Source of the DNA: Bacteroidales bacterium
GTDB lineage: Bacteria; Bacteroidota; Bacteroidia; Bacteroidales; PUMT01
DNA length: 36,283 nucleotides
NCBI GenBank assembly: GCA_007132365.1
Contig: SLOS01000028.1
Span: forward strand, 1-36,283
Direction: 5' to 3'
The notes beneath the pieces were generated by a model. The model saw nothing but the letters and a program-made list of their open reading frames with translations, did not search any database and had not been told where the DNA came from. Position 1 is the first letter of the stretch. The number at the start of each line of letters is the position of its first letter. Made by a program: the position numbers and the translations under genes. Shown piece after piece: positions 18,051-27,895 of this stretch.

Positions 18051-20408
18051 TCAGTTATAGAACTCATCATAACGCCTTACAGGCGAAGAGCGGAATACCC
18101 TTTCACAATCCAGGTTGATATTAAACCCGGGAGGGGCCTCAAACTCATCCTCCTCGGTTATGCCAAGCGATTCATCAGCGTATACCTTCTCCATAAAAAG
18201 GGCCCAGATGGGAAGTGCCATATTGGCCCCCTGTCCGTGAAATATGGTATTAAACCTTATACCACGGTCCTCCCCGCCGGTCCACGCCCCCCCCACAAGC
18301 TGCGGCACCAGTCCCATAAACCACCCGTCAGAAAAACCCTGCGTGGTACCTGTCTTACCCCCCATTTGTCCGCTGAAACCGTACCTGAACCGGAGCCTTC
18401 TCCCCGTTCCCTCATTGACAACCGACTCAAGCAGATTTACCATCAGGTAAGCTGCATGCTCGGAGATCGCCTCTTCAATTCTGGGCTGGAACTCCGCCAG
18501 CACGTTCCCGTGCCGGTCCTCTATCCTTGTCACCATTACTGGAACATTGTAAACACCATGATTAACATAGGTGGCAAATGCCCCTGCCATTTCATAAAGT
18601 GATATGTCTGTAGTCCCCATGAATACAGACAGTACCGGATCGATGGGGCTCTGGATTCCCAGTTTCCTGGCAACCTCGATCACTGCCGGGGGATTGAACT
18701 GCTTCATCAGCCATGCGGAAATATTGTTTACCGAGTTTGCCAGGCCCCATTTAAGGGTAACCATCCTGCCATCATAATCGGTCGGCCCTGCATTTTTTGG
18801 TGTCCATATTGAATCATTCACCTCAAAGGACTGGGGCACGTTGGGAGCCATATCACAGGGAGAGAATCCCTCCTGCATGGCAAGCGTATAGAGGAAAGGC
18901 TTGAATACCGAGCCTGCCTGGTTCCTGCCAACCCTGACATGGTCAAATTTGAAGTGCCTGAATTCCGGCCCTCCCACATAGGCCCTGATATGGCCGTTTG
19001 CAGGATTCATGGCTATAAAGCCGGAACGCAGGAAGGCCTTGTAATACCATATCGAATCTATTGGCGTCATCACCGTATCAATATCCCCTTCCCATGAGAA
19101 AACCGACATTGATACAGGGGTATTGAATATCCTTATTATTGAATCCCGGGGCACCCCGGCCCAGTTGAGTTTCTGATAACGGTCCGTCCGCCTCATAGTC
19201 CTTTCTATATTAAGCTCAACCTGTTCGGCATTAAGGTCATCCGAAAAGGGATTGCGAGTATAGCTCCTGCGGACACGCTCAAAATCTTTTTGCAGATTAC
19301 CACCCAGGTGCTCATTGAGCGCCTCCTCGGCATAGAGCTGCATGCGGGAATCTATGGTGGTATGGATTCGCAGACCGTCGCGGTAAAGGTTGTAACTGGA
19401 ACCGTCAGGCTTGAAGTTCTTATTGGTCCAACCATAAAGGGGGTTGTCGGCCCATTCAAGAGAATCTTCCAGGAAACGCTGATAGGAGATGTAATTCCCC
19501 CTTACCGGCTCCCTTGCCGTAAGTGTAACCCTCACCTGCTCACGGAAATGCCTGGCCAGTCCCACATTATGATCCTGCACCAGGTAATCCAGTTCTATGG
19601 GCAGGGCTGCCAGGGAGTCATAGTCACTATCTGAAATAAAGTCATACCTGTTAAGCTGCCCGAGCACTATATTCCTCCGTACTATCGCCCTTTCCGGGTT
19701 CCTTACGGGACTGAACCATGACGGGGCCTTCAGTACGCCCACCAGCAGGGCGGCCTCCTCAACCTTAAGTGAATCGGGCGTGGTATTGAAATAAGTCCTT
19801 GCGGCAGTTTTTATCCCGAAGGAATGGCTTCCGAAATCGACCGTGTTGAGATACATCACCATTATCTCATCCTTGGTGTAGTTCTTCTCCAGCTTCACTG
19901 CAGTAACCCACTCCTTGAACTTGGTAATGCCAAGGTTTATTTTCCTGGAAATGCCGAACCGGTAGGAGGTGGTGTCACGTGGGAAAAGATTCTTTGCAAG
20001 CTGCTGTGTTATGGTGCTTCCCCCACCTGCATCCTGCTGCAAAACAATGGATTTTATAAAAACCCGTGCCAGTCCCCGAGCATCGATCCCCGCATGGTTG
20101 CGAAACCTGATATCCTCGGTTGCAAGCAAAGCATTTACCACATTGTCGGAGAGTTCATCAAATTCAACATAGGTGCGGTTCTGCAGGTAGTAATGCCCGA
20201 GCATCTCTCCGTCGGCTGAGAAAACCTGCGAGGAAAGGTTATTCTGAGGATTCTCAAGATCCTCAAAAGTGGGCATAAATCCCATCCTCCCTGCTGAAAT
20301 CAGGGTGAAAATCACAATCAGAATGAGCAGCGGCAAAGAAAACAGGCCCCACAAGGCAGCCAGAAAAATCCTTTGCTTTTTTGTTTTAATATTTTTTTCT
20401 TTCTTCAT
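18051..20408 (-). CDS. mrcA: Bifunctional class A penicillin-binding protein (PBP1A: glycosyltransferase + transpeptidase)
   Basis: GT51 motifs ATEDIRFRNHAGID and GGSTITQQLAKN. Transpeptidase motifs SVFKP (SxxK), SVN and KTGTT. The track start at 20438 is a TTG. I prefer the ATG at 20408 (MKKEKNIKTKKQ followed by a TM anchor). Confidence 0.92.
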   Translation of the reverse strand: MKKEKNIKTKKQRIFLAALWGLFSLPLLILIVIFTLISAGRMGFMPTFEDLENPQNNLSSQVFSADGEMLGHYYLQNRTYVEFDELSDNVVNALLATEDIRFRNHAGIDARGLARVFIKSIVLQQDAGGGSTITQQLAKNLFPRDTTSYRFGISRKINLGITKFKEWVTAVKLEKNYTKDEIMVMYLNTVDFGSHSFGIKTAARTYFNTTPDSLKVEEAALLVGVLKAPSWFSPVRNPERAIVRRNIVLGQLNRYDFISDSDYDSLAALPIELDYLVQDHNVGLARHFREQVRVTLTAREPVRGNYISYQRFLEDSLEWADNPLYGWTNKNFKPDGSSYNLYRDGLRIHTTIDSRMQLYAEEALNEHLGGNLQKDFERVRRSYTRNPFSDDLNAEQVELNIERTMRRTDRYQKLNWAGVPRDSIIRIFNTPVSMSVFSWEGDIDTVMTPIDSIWYYKAFLRSGFIAMNPANGHIRAYVGGPEFRHFKFDHVRVGRNQAGSVFKPFLYTLAMQEGFSPCDMAPNVPQSFEVNDSIWTPKNAGPTDYDGRMVTLKWGLANSVNNISAWLMKQFNPPAVIEVARKLGIQSPIDPVLSVFMGTTDISLYEMAGAFATYVNHGVYNVPVMVTRIEDRHGNVLAEFQPRIEEAISEHAAYLMVNLLESVVNEGTGRRLRFRYGFSGQMGGKTGTTQGFSDGWFMGLVPQLVGGAWTGGEDRGIRFNTIFHGQGANMALPIWALFMEKVYADESLGITEEDEFEAPPGFNINLDCERVFRSSPVRRYDEFYN

Positions 20409-20652
20409 ACCTGTATTAAACGACTGGTGAACGGGCAATTAACCAGAGGTTTTACTTATTGATATATCAAGTATCATTCCAAATCCGGCACAAAAATAGT
20501 AAATAATATTTATTAATATTTTCTTCTGTAAAAAGCATAAATTTTGTCTTAATAAAATATCCAAAATTTCTGCTTACAGTCGTAAACGCTTCGCTTTAAC
20601 ATAAAATTTTTTTCATCTGTTTGTGTGTAATTTTGATGAAAAAAATTTCATG

Positions 20653-20660
20653 TACATTTG
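20653..20660 (+). promoter_or_regulatory. Candidate -7 promoter box for topA
   Basis: TACATTTG fits TAnnTTTG, about 63 nt upstream of the preferred topA ATG at 20723. Motif match only. Confidence 0.3.
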
Positions 20661-20722
20661 TCGTTACAAAGCCAAATGCTTTACTTTGTGCATTTTTATT
20701 CCGTATCTCTAAATGTAACAAA

Positions 20723-23068
20723 ATGGCAGTCAATCTGGTTATAGTTGAATCGCCGGCAAAGGCAAAAACCATAGAGAAGTTCCTTGGCGGAGACTTTACC
20801 GTTAAATCAAGTTTCGGACACATAAGAGACCTCTCCAAAAAAAACTTCGGTATCGATATAGAGAACGGGTATAATCCGCAATACATTATCCCCGACGATA
20901 AAAAGAAGGTTGTCGAGGATCTCAGAAAGAGCGCCAAAAATGCCCGGATGGTATGGCTGGCCTCTGATGAGGACCGGGAAGGGGAGGCCATAGCCTGGCA
21001 TCTTATCGAAGTGCTGGAACTCAAACCTGAAAAAGTGAAACGCATTGTTTTTCACGAGATAACCCAGGAGGCCATAAAAAAAGCCATAGCCAACCCAAGG
21101 CCCGTCAATATGGAGCTGGTAAATGCACAACAGGCACGAAGGGTGCTTGACCGTCTTGTGGGCTTTGAGCTTTCACCGGTGCTGTGGAAAAAAGTAAAAC
21201 CTGCCCTTTCCGCCGGAAGGGTCCAGTCCGTGGCAGTCCGCCTTCTTGTTGAGCGCGAAAGGGAAATTCTTGCATTTAAAAGTTCATCAGGCTACCGTGT
21301 CACCGCGCGATTCGAGGTAACAACCGGTAAAAATGAAAAATCGGAATTTAAAGCTGAACTTCCCGTTCGTTTCCCCGACAGGGAAAAAGCAATGCAGTTT
21401 CTCCGGAAATGCTCCGGGGCCGTCTATCTGATAACTGATGTTAGCACAAAGCCATCAAAAAAATCCCCTTCGGCCCCTTTTACAACCTCCACACTGCAGC
21501 AGGAGGCCGGAAGAAAACTGGGGTTTTCGGTAGCGCAGACTATGGCGCTTGCCCAAAGGCTCTACGAATCGGGGAAGATCACCTATATGAGGACCGACTC
21601 GCTTAATCTTTCCGGTTCTGCAATATCAGCTGCAGCGGAACATATAAAATCGGAGTTTGGCGAAAAGTATCTTAAGGTACGTAAATACAAGACCAAATCA
21701 AAGGGTGCGCAGGAGGCCCATGAGGCTATACGGCCCACCTATATGGAACATAAGATCGGGGGAAACAACCCGAATGAACAAAGGCTATATGAGCTTATAT
21801 GGAAGCGGACCATCGCCTCGCAAATGAGCGATGCACTGATGGAAAAAACAAATGTGACCATCAGTATATCGAATGCGGAAGAGAACTTCGTCGCCTCCGG
21901 GGAAGTGCTCAGATTTGACGGATTTTTGAAGGTGTATATTGAATCGAGCGACGACGAACAGGAAGAGAATGGTAAAGGATTGCTCCCCCCCCTTCAGAAA
22001 GGTGACCGGCCCGTTGCACTTAACGTAACCGCCACCGAACGTTTCACGCAGCATCCGCCCCGGTATACTGAAGCAAGCCTGGTTAAAAAACTTGAAGAGC
22101 TTGGTATAGGCCGGCCTTCAACTTACGCTCCGACGATCTCCAATATTCAGAACCGCGGTTATGTGATCAAGGAGGACAGGCCGGGCACGGAACGTAAATA
22201 CACGGTCATTGAACTTGACAGAAGCAACAGGATAAGCGAGGATGTAAAATCTGAAGTCACCGGTAAGGAAAAAGCCAAGCTGTTCCCCAACGATATCGGA
22301 ATGGTGGTAAATGATTTTCTTATGGATCATTTTAACGATATCCTGGACTTTAATTTTACCGCCAGTGTGGAAAAGGAATTTGACGATATTGCTGAAGGGA
22401 AGCTCTCCTGGCCTGAAATGATAGATAAATTTTACAATCCGTTTCACAGGAAGGTGGAGGATACCCTTGAAACAACCGAAAGGAACAAGGGAGAAAGGTA
22501 CCTCGGGATTGATCCAAAAAGCGGTAAAAATGTTTACGTCAAGATAGGGCGGTTTGGCCCAATGGCACAGACAGGTGATTCCGATGCTGATGAAAAACCA
22601 AAGTTTGCCGCATTGCGCAAGGATCAGCGACTGGAAACCATCACCCTTGAAGAAGCGCTTGAACTTTTCACGCTTCCGAGGAAAATCGGGTTATATGAGG
22701 GTAAAGAGGTGTTTGCAGGAATAGGCCGCTTTGGACCATACATACGCCACGACAACAAGTTTGTATCACTTAAAAAAGATATTGACAGCCCCTATACCGT
22801 TGAACTTGACCGCGCCATTGAGCTGATAGAGGAAAAAAGGAGGGCAGAGAGGGAAAAAATAATCAAGGAGTTTGACAAACCTGAGGGCCTGTCAATTCTC
22901 AAAGGACGATGGGGACCTTATATATCATACAAAAAAAAGAACTACAAGATTCCCGGGGATATTGACCCTGAAACCCTGGAAAGTGATGATTGTATGGAGA
23001 TAATCGGCAATAGCCGGGAAAAGCCCGCGAAGCGTAAACCAGCCGGTAAAACCAAAAAGCGAAAATAA
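20723..23068 (+). CDS. topA: DNA topoisomerase I (type IA)
   Basis: The homologous N-terminus begins at MAVNLVIVESPAKAKTIEKFLG (TOPRIM), so the track's start at 20621 adds 34 implausible residues. DEDREGE, active-site ITYMRTDS. C-terminal region has three Cys-less GRFGP/GRWGP repeats and a Lys-rich tail (KPAKRKPAGKTKKRK). Confidence 0.95.
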   Translation: MAVNLVIVESPAKAKTIEKFLGGDFTVKSSFGHIRDLSKKNFGIDIENGYNPQYIIPDDKKKVVEDLRKSAKNARMVWLASDEDREGEAIAWHLIEVLELKPEKVKRIVFHEITQEAIKKAIANPRPVNMELVNAQQARRVLDRLVGFELSPVLWKKVKPALSAGRVQSVAVRLLVEREREILAFKSSSGYRVTARFEVTTGKNEKSEFKAELPVRFPDREKAMQFLRKCSGAVYLITDVSTKPSKKSPSAPFTTSTLQQEAGRKLGFSVAQTMALAQRLYESGKITYMRTDSLNLSGSAISAAAEHIKSEFGEKYLKVRKYKTKSKGAQEAHEAIRPTYMEHKIGGNNPNEQRLYELIWKRTIASQMSDALMEKTNVTISISNAEENFVASGEVLRFDGFLKVYIESSDDEQEENGKGLLPPLQKGDRPVALNVTATERFTQHPPRYTEASLVKKLEELGIGRPSTYAPTISNIQNRGYVIKEDRPGTERKYTVIELDRSNRISEDVKSEVTGKEKAKLFPNDIGMVVNDFLMDHFNDILDFNFTASVEKEFDDIAEGKLSWPEMIDKFYNPFHRKVEDTLETTERNKGERYLGIDPKSGKNVYVKIGRFGPMAQTGDSDADEKPKFAALRKDQRLETITLEEALELFTLPRKIGLYEGKEVFAGIGRFGPYIRHDNKFVSLKKDIDSPYTVELDRAIELIEEKRRAEREKIIKEFDKPEGLSILKGRWGPYISYKKKNYKIPGDIDPETLESDDCMEIIGNSREKPAKRKPAGKTKKRK

Positions 23069-23078
23069 TAGCCTCATA

Positions 23079-24242
23079 ATGGAACTGACCGACTATTTTG
23101 AACCGGTATCGGTGGACTCCGATTACCGTCTGGGCGAAAAAACTGCTTTCGGCAATTTCGTTCATAAATATCTTGAGAAAAAAAAAATACCCGAGTGGGA
23201 AAAAGCAGATATCGCACTGATGGGCATATCTGAATATCGCGGTGCGCACAGGGACAATTGCAGCAATGCCGCCGATCAGGCCAGGAAATGCCTCTATGAG
23301 CTGTCGCGGACAGACGAAAAGATGAAGATTGCCGACCTGGGTAACCTCAGGGCAGGTAAAAGCTTAGAGGACAGCTACGCGGCACTGCGTGACGTAATGG
23401 CTGAACTTCTTGCGAAAAACACCATCCCCATGATACTGGGTGGCAGCAGGGACCTTACGCTGGCAATGTTCAGGTCGTATGAGATCAGTAACAGGACCAT
23501 CAACCTGACAGCGGTCGACAGCAGGGCAGGAATGGGCAGCGACCATTACCCCGACATTGATGTCAAGGAAAAATCTTATCTCAGCACCATCATCTCTTCC
23601 AAATCCAAATACCTTTTTAACTATACCAATATCGGTTACCAATCCTTTTTCGCAGGGAAAAATGAGACAAGACTGCTTGAAGATCTTATGTTCGACAGCT
23701 TCAGGCTGGGACTGGTCAGGGAGAACCTTGCAGAAACAGAGCCTGTTCTGCGCGATACCGATCTTCTTATGATAAGCATGTCGTCAATAAGGCAATCGGA
23801 TGCTCCCGCCGCCCTCTTCCCCTCCCCCAACGGCTTTCAGGGAGAGGAGGTCTGCCAGCTTGCATGGTACGGAGGGAAGAGTGAAAGGCTGACAAGTTTA
23901 GCGGTGGTGGACTGGTACGGTTCGTATGACCGCAGATACCACACTGCTCATCAGGCAGCACAGATAGCCTGGTATTTCATTGACGGCTATTACAAACGAA
24001 AAGGCGAATACCCTTTTAATCCGGCGAAAGAGTGTACAAAATTCATTGTTAATCTTACCGGTACAGGTAATGAAATAATTTTTTACAAAAGCAGCAAAAG
24101 TGACAGGTGGTGGATGGAGGTTCCCTCGTCAAAACTGCCCAGGAGCCTTATGGTGGCCTGCTCATACGAAGATTACCGGAGAGCATGCCGCCAGGAAGTG
24201 CCAGAGAGGTGGTGGCAGAATTTCAGAAAAATAAACCACTAA
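23079..24242 (+). CDS. Arginase/formiminoglutamase-fold protein, apparently lacking the Mn-binding residues
   Basis: 387 aa, collinear by eye with HutG/arginases. GGSRD sits where GG(G/D)H(S/E) is expected, VDSRAG where DAHxD is expected, and ISMSSIRQSDAP where SxDxDxxDP is expected. Roughly 90-aa Trp/Arg-rich C-terminal extension. Confidence 0.7.
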   Translation: MELTDYFEPVSVDSDYRLGEKTAFGNFVHKYLEKKKIPEWEKADIALMGISEYRGAHRDNCSNAADQARKCLYELSRTDEKMKIADLGNLRAGKSLEDSYAALRDVMAELLAKNTIPMILGGSRDLTLAMFRSYEISNRTINLTAVDSRAGMGSDHYPDIDVKEKSYLSTIISSKSKYLFNYTNIGYQSFFAGKNETRLLEDLMFDSFRLGLVRENLAETEPVLRDTDLLMISMSSIRQSDAPAALFPSPNGFQGEEVCQLAWYGGKSERLTSLAVVDWYGSYDRRYHTAHQAAQIAWYFIDGYYKRKGEYPFNPAKECTKFIVNLTGTGNEIIFYKSSKSDRWWMEVPSSKLPRSLMVACSYEDYRRACRQEVPERWWQNFRKINH

Positions 24243-24399
24243 AAGCAATTTAACCGTATAACACCCTGAATATAAATGACCAGCACCTTTTGCCCGGATC
24301 CACCTGATTATTTTGTGTGAAATAGTTTTTTTTTATTTTCTTTACAAACAATAATAAAAAACAGAATTATAAAATAAAATCTGTAGTATCCGGTTTATT

Positions 24400-25344
24400 A
24401 TGAAAAGAATTCTTTGTTTGATTTTTTTCACCTGTACGGTCCTCACTGGAAATTCACAACAGGACCCTCAGTTCAGTCAAAGCATGTTCAATATTATGAT
24501 GTTTAATCCGGGATCCGTAGGAAGCAAGAATGCAATCTGCGCAACCGTAATCAACCGCCAGCAATGGATGGGATTTGAGGGTGCCCCTGTTACAACGGTT
24601 TTCACCGCAAATTCCCCTTTCAGGCTGTTCGGGGCGGATCACGGCGCCGGGCTTCACATATTAAATGATGAGATTGGTTTCGAGACCAACCTGAGCATCA
24701 ATGCATCATATGCTTACAGGATGAATGTACGGGACGGGAAACTGGGAATAGGATTGGGGTTCGGAATTATTAATTCTTCGCTTGATGCGGAATGGGTTAT
24801 CCCTTCGGGTGAAGGACATACCCCGGCCACGGGAGACCCATCTATACCTGCCGGTAATGAAAGCACCCTTACGCTGGATTTCTCAGCAGGGCTTTTTTAT
24901 TACACCGATGAACTGTACGTGGGTTTCTCTGCAACTCATGTTGGACAGCCTGTAATAGAATATACCCCCACAGCAACTCCATTTTTGAAAAGGCACTATT
25001 ACCTTACAGCAGGGTACGGCATATCACTCACCAATCCTTCCTACAAGCTGCTTCCGGCAGTACATATGCAGTCTGACGGGGTTATTACCCAACTTAACCT
25101 GGGCAGCCTGATCGAGTATAATAATAAATTATGGGGAGGCATCTTTTACAGGTTCGGTTCTGCAGTCGTCGCCATAGCGGGACTGGAGCTGTTTAATGGC
25201 ATCAATATAGGTTATTCATACGATTTTTCAACAACCGCGATCATGAGTCACAACAAGGGAACTCATGAGTTTTTACTCAGATATTGTTTCGATCTTGGCA
25301 CGGATCGGACACCCCAAAGATACAGAAGCATAAGAATTTTATAA
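24400..25344 (+). CDS. porP: Type IX secretion system outer-membrane protein PorP/SprF
   Basis: 314 aa. Signal peptide followed by SQQDPQFSQSMFNIMMFNPGSVG, the PorP/SprF N-terminal signature. Beta-strand-rich. Immediately upstream of gldK. Confidence 0.9.
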   Translation: MKRILCLIFFTCTVLTGNSQQDPQFSQSMFNIMMFNPGSVGSKNAICATVINRQQWMGFEGAPVTTVFTANSPFRLFGADHGAGLHILNDEIGFETNLSINASYAYRMNVRDGKLGIGLGFGIINSSLDAEWVIPSGEGHTPATGDPSIPAGNESTLTLDFSAGLFYYTDELYVGFSATHVGQPVIEYTPTATPFLKRHYYLTAGYGISLTNPSYKLLPAVHMQSDGVITQLNLGSLIEYNNKLWGGIFYRFGSAVVAIAGLELFNGINIGYSYDFSTTAIMSHNKGTHEFLLRYCFDLGTDRTPQRYRSIRIL

Positions 25345-25460
25345 AAAAATGAAACCTACGTAAGGGTTTTTCAGTAAAAGGAACAGCAGTCCATAAAGCT
25401 GTAAAGGAATTATCAGGCATGAATATTCCATCTGATAAATAAAAAATAAATTTTAAACAG

Positions 25461-26798
25461 ATGAAACAATTTGTTTTTTTAGTAACACTAGCCGCAATAA
25501 TCCTCTCAGGATGTGGCAGAGCCCCCAGCGGTGAGCTTGTTGGTGTTCAGGGGAGAAAAAAATGGCATGAACCCGATCCTTACGGAATGGTTTTCATACC
25601 GCAGGGTCATTTCATTATGGGACCCAATGACGAAGATGTCATGTTCGCTCAAAATGCTTTGACCAGGACAATTTCGGTTGATGCATTCTGGATGGATGAA
25701 ACAGAGATAACAAACAACAAGTACCGTCAGTTCGTATACTACGTAAGGGACTCAATAATGAGGAGAACTCTGGCCGACTATGGTTTTGATGAGTTTTTAA
25801 TAATGACCGACGATCTGGACAGGGATCTGGATGAACCACGCCTGAACTGGCGCACCAGGATCAACCTGAGGGACCCGGACGTGGTAGATGCGCTGGAAGA
25901 TTTGTACTATCCTGCACGGGAGCGTTTTAACAACAGAAAAGAACTGGACACCAGGAAACTGGTTTATGAGTACTTCTGGGTGGATTACGAACAGGCTGCC
26001 CGCAGGGGAAACCGATGGAACCCGGAAACCCAGCAATATGAGGGAACCGTATTTAACCAGGCGGGAGAGGAAGTTCCTATTGTCGACCGCTCCTCCTTCG
26101 TGCTGCGTGACCAGGTCAATGTCTATCCCGACACTATGGTATGGATACACGATTTTACATACTCCTACAATGAGCCTATGGCCAATATGTATTTCTGGCA
26201 TCCCTCCTATGACGATTACCCCGTGGTAGGTGTTACCTGGAAGCAGGCTGTTGCATTCGGTATCTGGCGGACCAATTATCTCAATGAGCATCTTGCCAGA
26301 AGGGGACAGGGCTTTGTGCAGAACTACCGGCTGCCCCTTGAGTCAGAATGGGAATATGCAGCCCGGGGAGGTATACCATTGTCAATGTATCCGTGGGGAG
26401 GCCCTTATACACGCAACATGGAAGGCTGTTTCCTGGCCAACTTTAAACCCATGCGGGGTAATTACACTGACGACGGCTGGCTCTATACTGCTCCTGCAGC
26501 CTCTTTTGAACCCAACGATTACGGTTTGTATGATATGGCCGGAAACGTGGCAGAATGGACAGAAAACGCATATGACGAGTCCTTCTACACCTTTTCGCAT
26601 GACATGAACCCCAACTATAAGTACAACGCATTACCGGATGATCCTCCCGCCCTCAAAAGAAAAGTGGTAAGGGGGGGCTCATGGAAGGATATAGCATTTT
26701 ACCTTCAGGTAAGTACAAGGAGCTATGAGTATCAGGACACCGCAAAATCCTATGTAGGATTCAGAAACGTGCGTTCATATCTCGGAAGCAGCAGGTAA
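25461..26798 (+). CDS. gldK: T9SS / gliding lipoprotein GldK (PorK)
   Basis: 445 aa. Lipobox ILSGC, then GELVGVQGRKKWHEPDPYGMVFIPQG. FGE/SUMF1-like domain motifs RLPLESEWEYAARGG, GLYDMAGNVAEWT, VVRGGSW. Confidence 0.95.
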   Translation: MKQFVFLVTLAAIILSGCGRAPSGELVGVQGRKKWHEPDPYGMVFIPQGHFIMGPNDEDVMFAQNALTRTISVDAFWMDETEITNNKYRQFVYYVRDSIMRRTLADYGFDEFLIMTDDLDRDLDEPRLNWRTRINLRDPDVVDALEDLYYPARERFNNRKELDTRKLVYEYFWVDYEQAARRGNRWNPETQQYEGTVFNQAGEEVPIVDRSSFVLRDQVNVYPDTMVWIHDFTYSYNEPMANMYFWHPSYDDYPVVGVTWKQAVAFGIWRTNYLNEHLARRGQGFVQNYRLPLESEWEYAARGGIPLSMYPWGGPYTRNMEGCFLANFKPMRGNYTDDGWLYTAPAASFEPNDYGLYDMAGNVAEWTENAYDESFYTFSHDMNPNYKYNALPDDPPALKRKVVRGGSWKDIAFYLQVSTRSYEYQDTAKSYVGFRNVRSYLGSSR

Positions 26799-26902
26799 AA
26801 GTATATATAAATATAACCAGTTTCGTTTTGCAATACCCAAAATATAGTAATATCCGTTATACTCTGAGAAAAAAATAAATTGATAACTAAACTATAAGAA
26901 AA

Positions 26903-27865
26903 ATGAAATTTTCAGAACTAGTACATAGCTCCGGGTGGAAGGCCTTCATGGCCAAGCTATATGGCATAGGTGCATCAATAGTTATCCTTGGTGCCCTGTT
27001 TAAGCTCCAGCACTGGCAGGGAGCCAACCTTATGCTGATCGTGGGCCTGGGAACTGAGGCTGTTATCTTCTTTTTCTCGGCCTTTGAGCCCCTTCATGAA
27101 GAACTGGACTGGACCCTTGTATACCCCGAGCTGGCGGGTATGCATGAAGATCCTGATGAAATTAACCCGATGCTCCAGAAACGTACAAGAGGAAATGATA
27201 ATTATTCCGGCGGAGGCGGTAACCCGGCATCAATTACGAAATTTGACCAGATGCTGGAAAATGCAGAGATCACTCCTGATCTCTTTGAGAGACTCGGACA
27301 GGGTTTAAAGAACCTTAATACAACAATGGCAAAGCTATCTGACATTTCCGATGCCTCCCTGGCAACGAATGAATATGTCTCCAACATTAAAAGTGCCGCC
27401 CTGTCAGTAAGTTCTCTTACAGAATCGCTGGAAGGTTCAACCGAAAATCTGAAGGGCAATGTAAATAATCTGTCCGAATCCTATCAGAAAAATTCAGAGG
27501 TTATTCAAAATTCAACAAACCAGCTGGTAAGTTCATACGACCTTCTGAAGGAATCAATAAATACCGAGCATTTAACCATTATGGATGGCAACAAGAGCAT
27601 TGGTGAGAAACTGGGTTCCATCAACAAGAACCTGGATGCACTGAATGCTGTTTATGAACTTCAGTTACAGAACAACAATGAACATCTTAAGAGTTCACAG
27701 GTGGTTTACAATGATTTCGGGAAAATTACCAGCAACCTTAAATCCTCTGTTGAGGAAACTGAAAAATATAAGCAGGAGATTAGCAATCTCAGCAAGAATC
27801 TTTCTGAACTGAATTCAGTTTATGGAAATATGTTGTCTGCCATGAATGTCGTGAGCAGAAAATAG
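26903..27865 (+). CDS. gldL: T9SS / gliding motor inner-membrane protein GldL (PorL)
   Basis: 320 aa. Two N-terminal TM helices (KLYGIGASIVILGALFKLQHW, LMLIVGLGTEAVIFFFSAFEP) with an embedded Glu52, then DWTLVYPEL. Long Ser/Asn/Leu/Glu-rich, coiled-coil-like cytoplasmic tail. Confidence 0.93.
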   Translation: MKFSELVHSSGWKAFMAKLYGIGASIVILGALFKLQHWQGANLMLIVGLGTEAVIFFFSAFEPLHEELDWTLVYPELAGMHEDPDEINPMLQKRTRGNDNYSGGGGNPASITKFDQMLENAEITPDLFERLGQGLKNLNTTMAKLSDISDASLATNEYVSNIKSAALSVSSLTESLEGSTENLKGNVNNLSESYQKNSEVIQNSTNQLVSSYDLLKESINTEHLTIMDGNKSIGEKLGSINKNLDALNAVYELQLQNNNEHLKSSQVVYNDFGKITSNLKSSVEETEKYKQEISNLSKNLSELNSVYGNMLSAMNVVSRK

Positions 27866-27895
27866 TAATTGAAACAATAAATTATCCACACCGTT

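Noticed and set aside
18048-18602. 184-aa ORF on the plus strand
   Set aside because: It is antisense to the transpeptidase domain of PBP1A. Its composition is Pro/His/Lys-rich, with no motif support.
20621-20722. N-terminal extension of topA (MCVILMKKISCTFVV...)
   Set aside because: The TOPRIM domain begins right at the Met at 20723. The extension is AT-rich, lacks homology and contains the candidate promoter box.
25352-25371. Imperfect hairpin plus T5 after porP (AAACCT-acgta-AGGgTTTTT)
   Set aside because: The stem is bulged and only about 6 bp. It might attenuate read-through into gldK, but it is not convincing from sequence alone.
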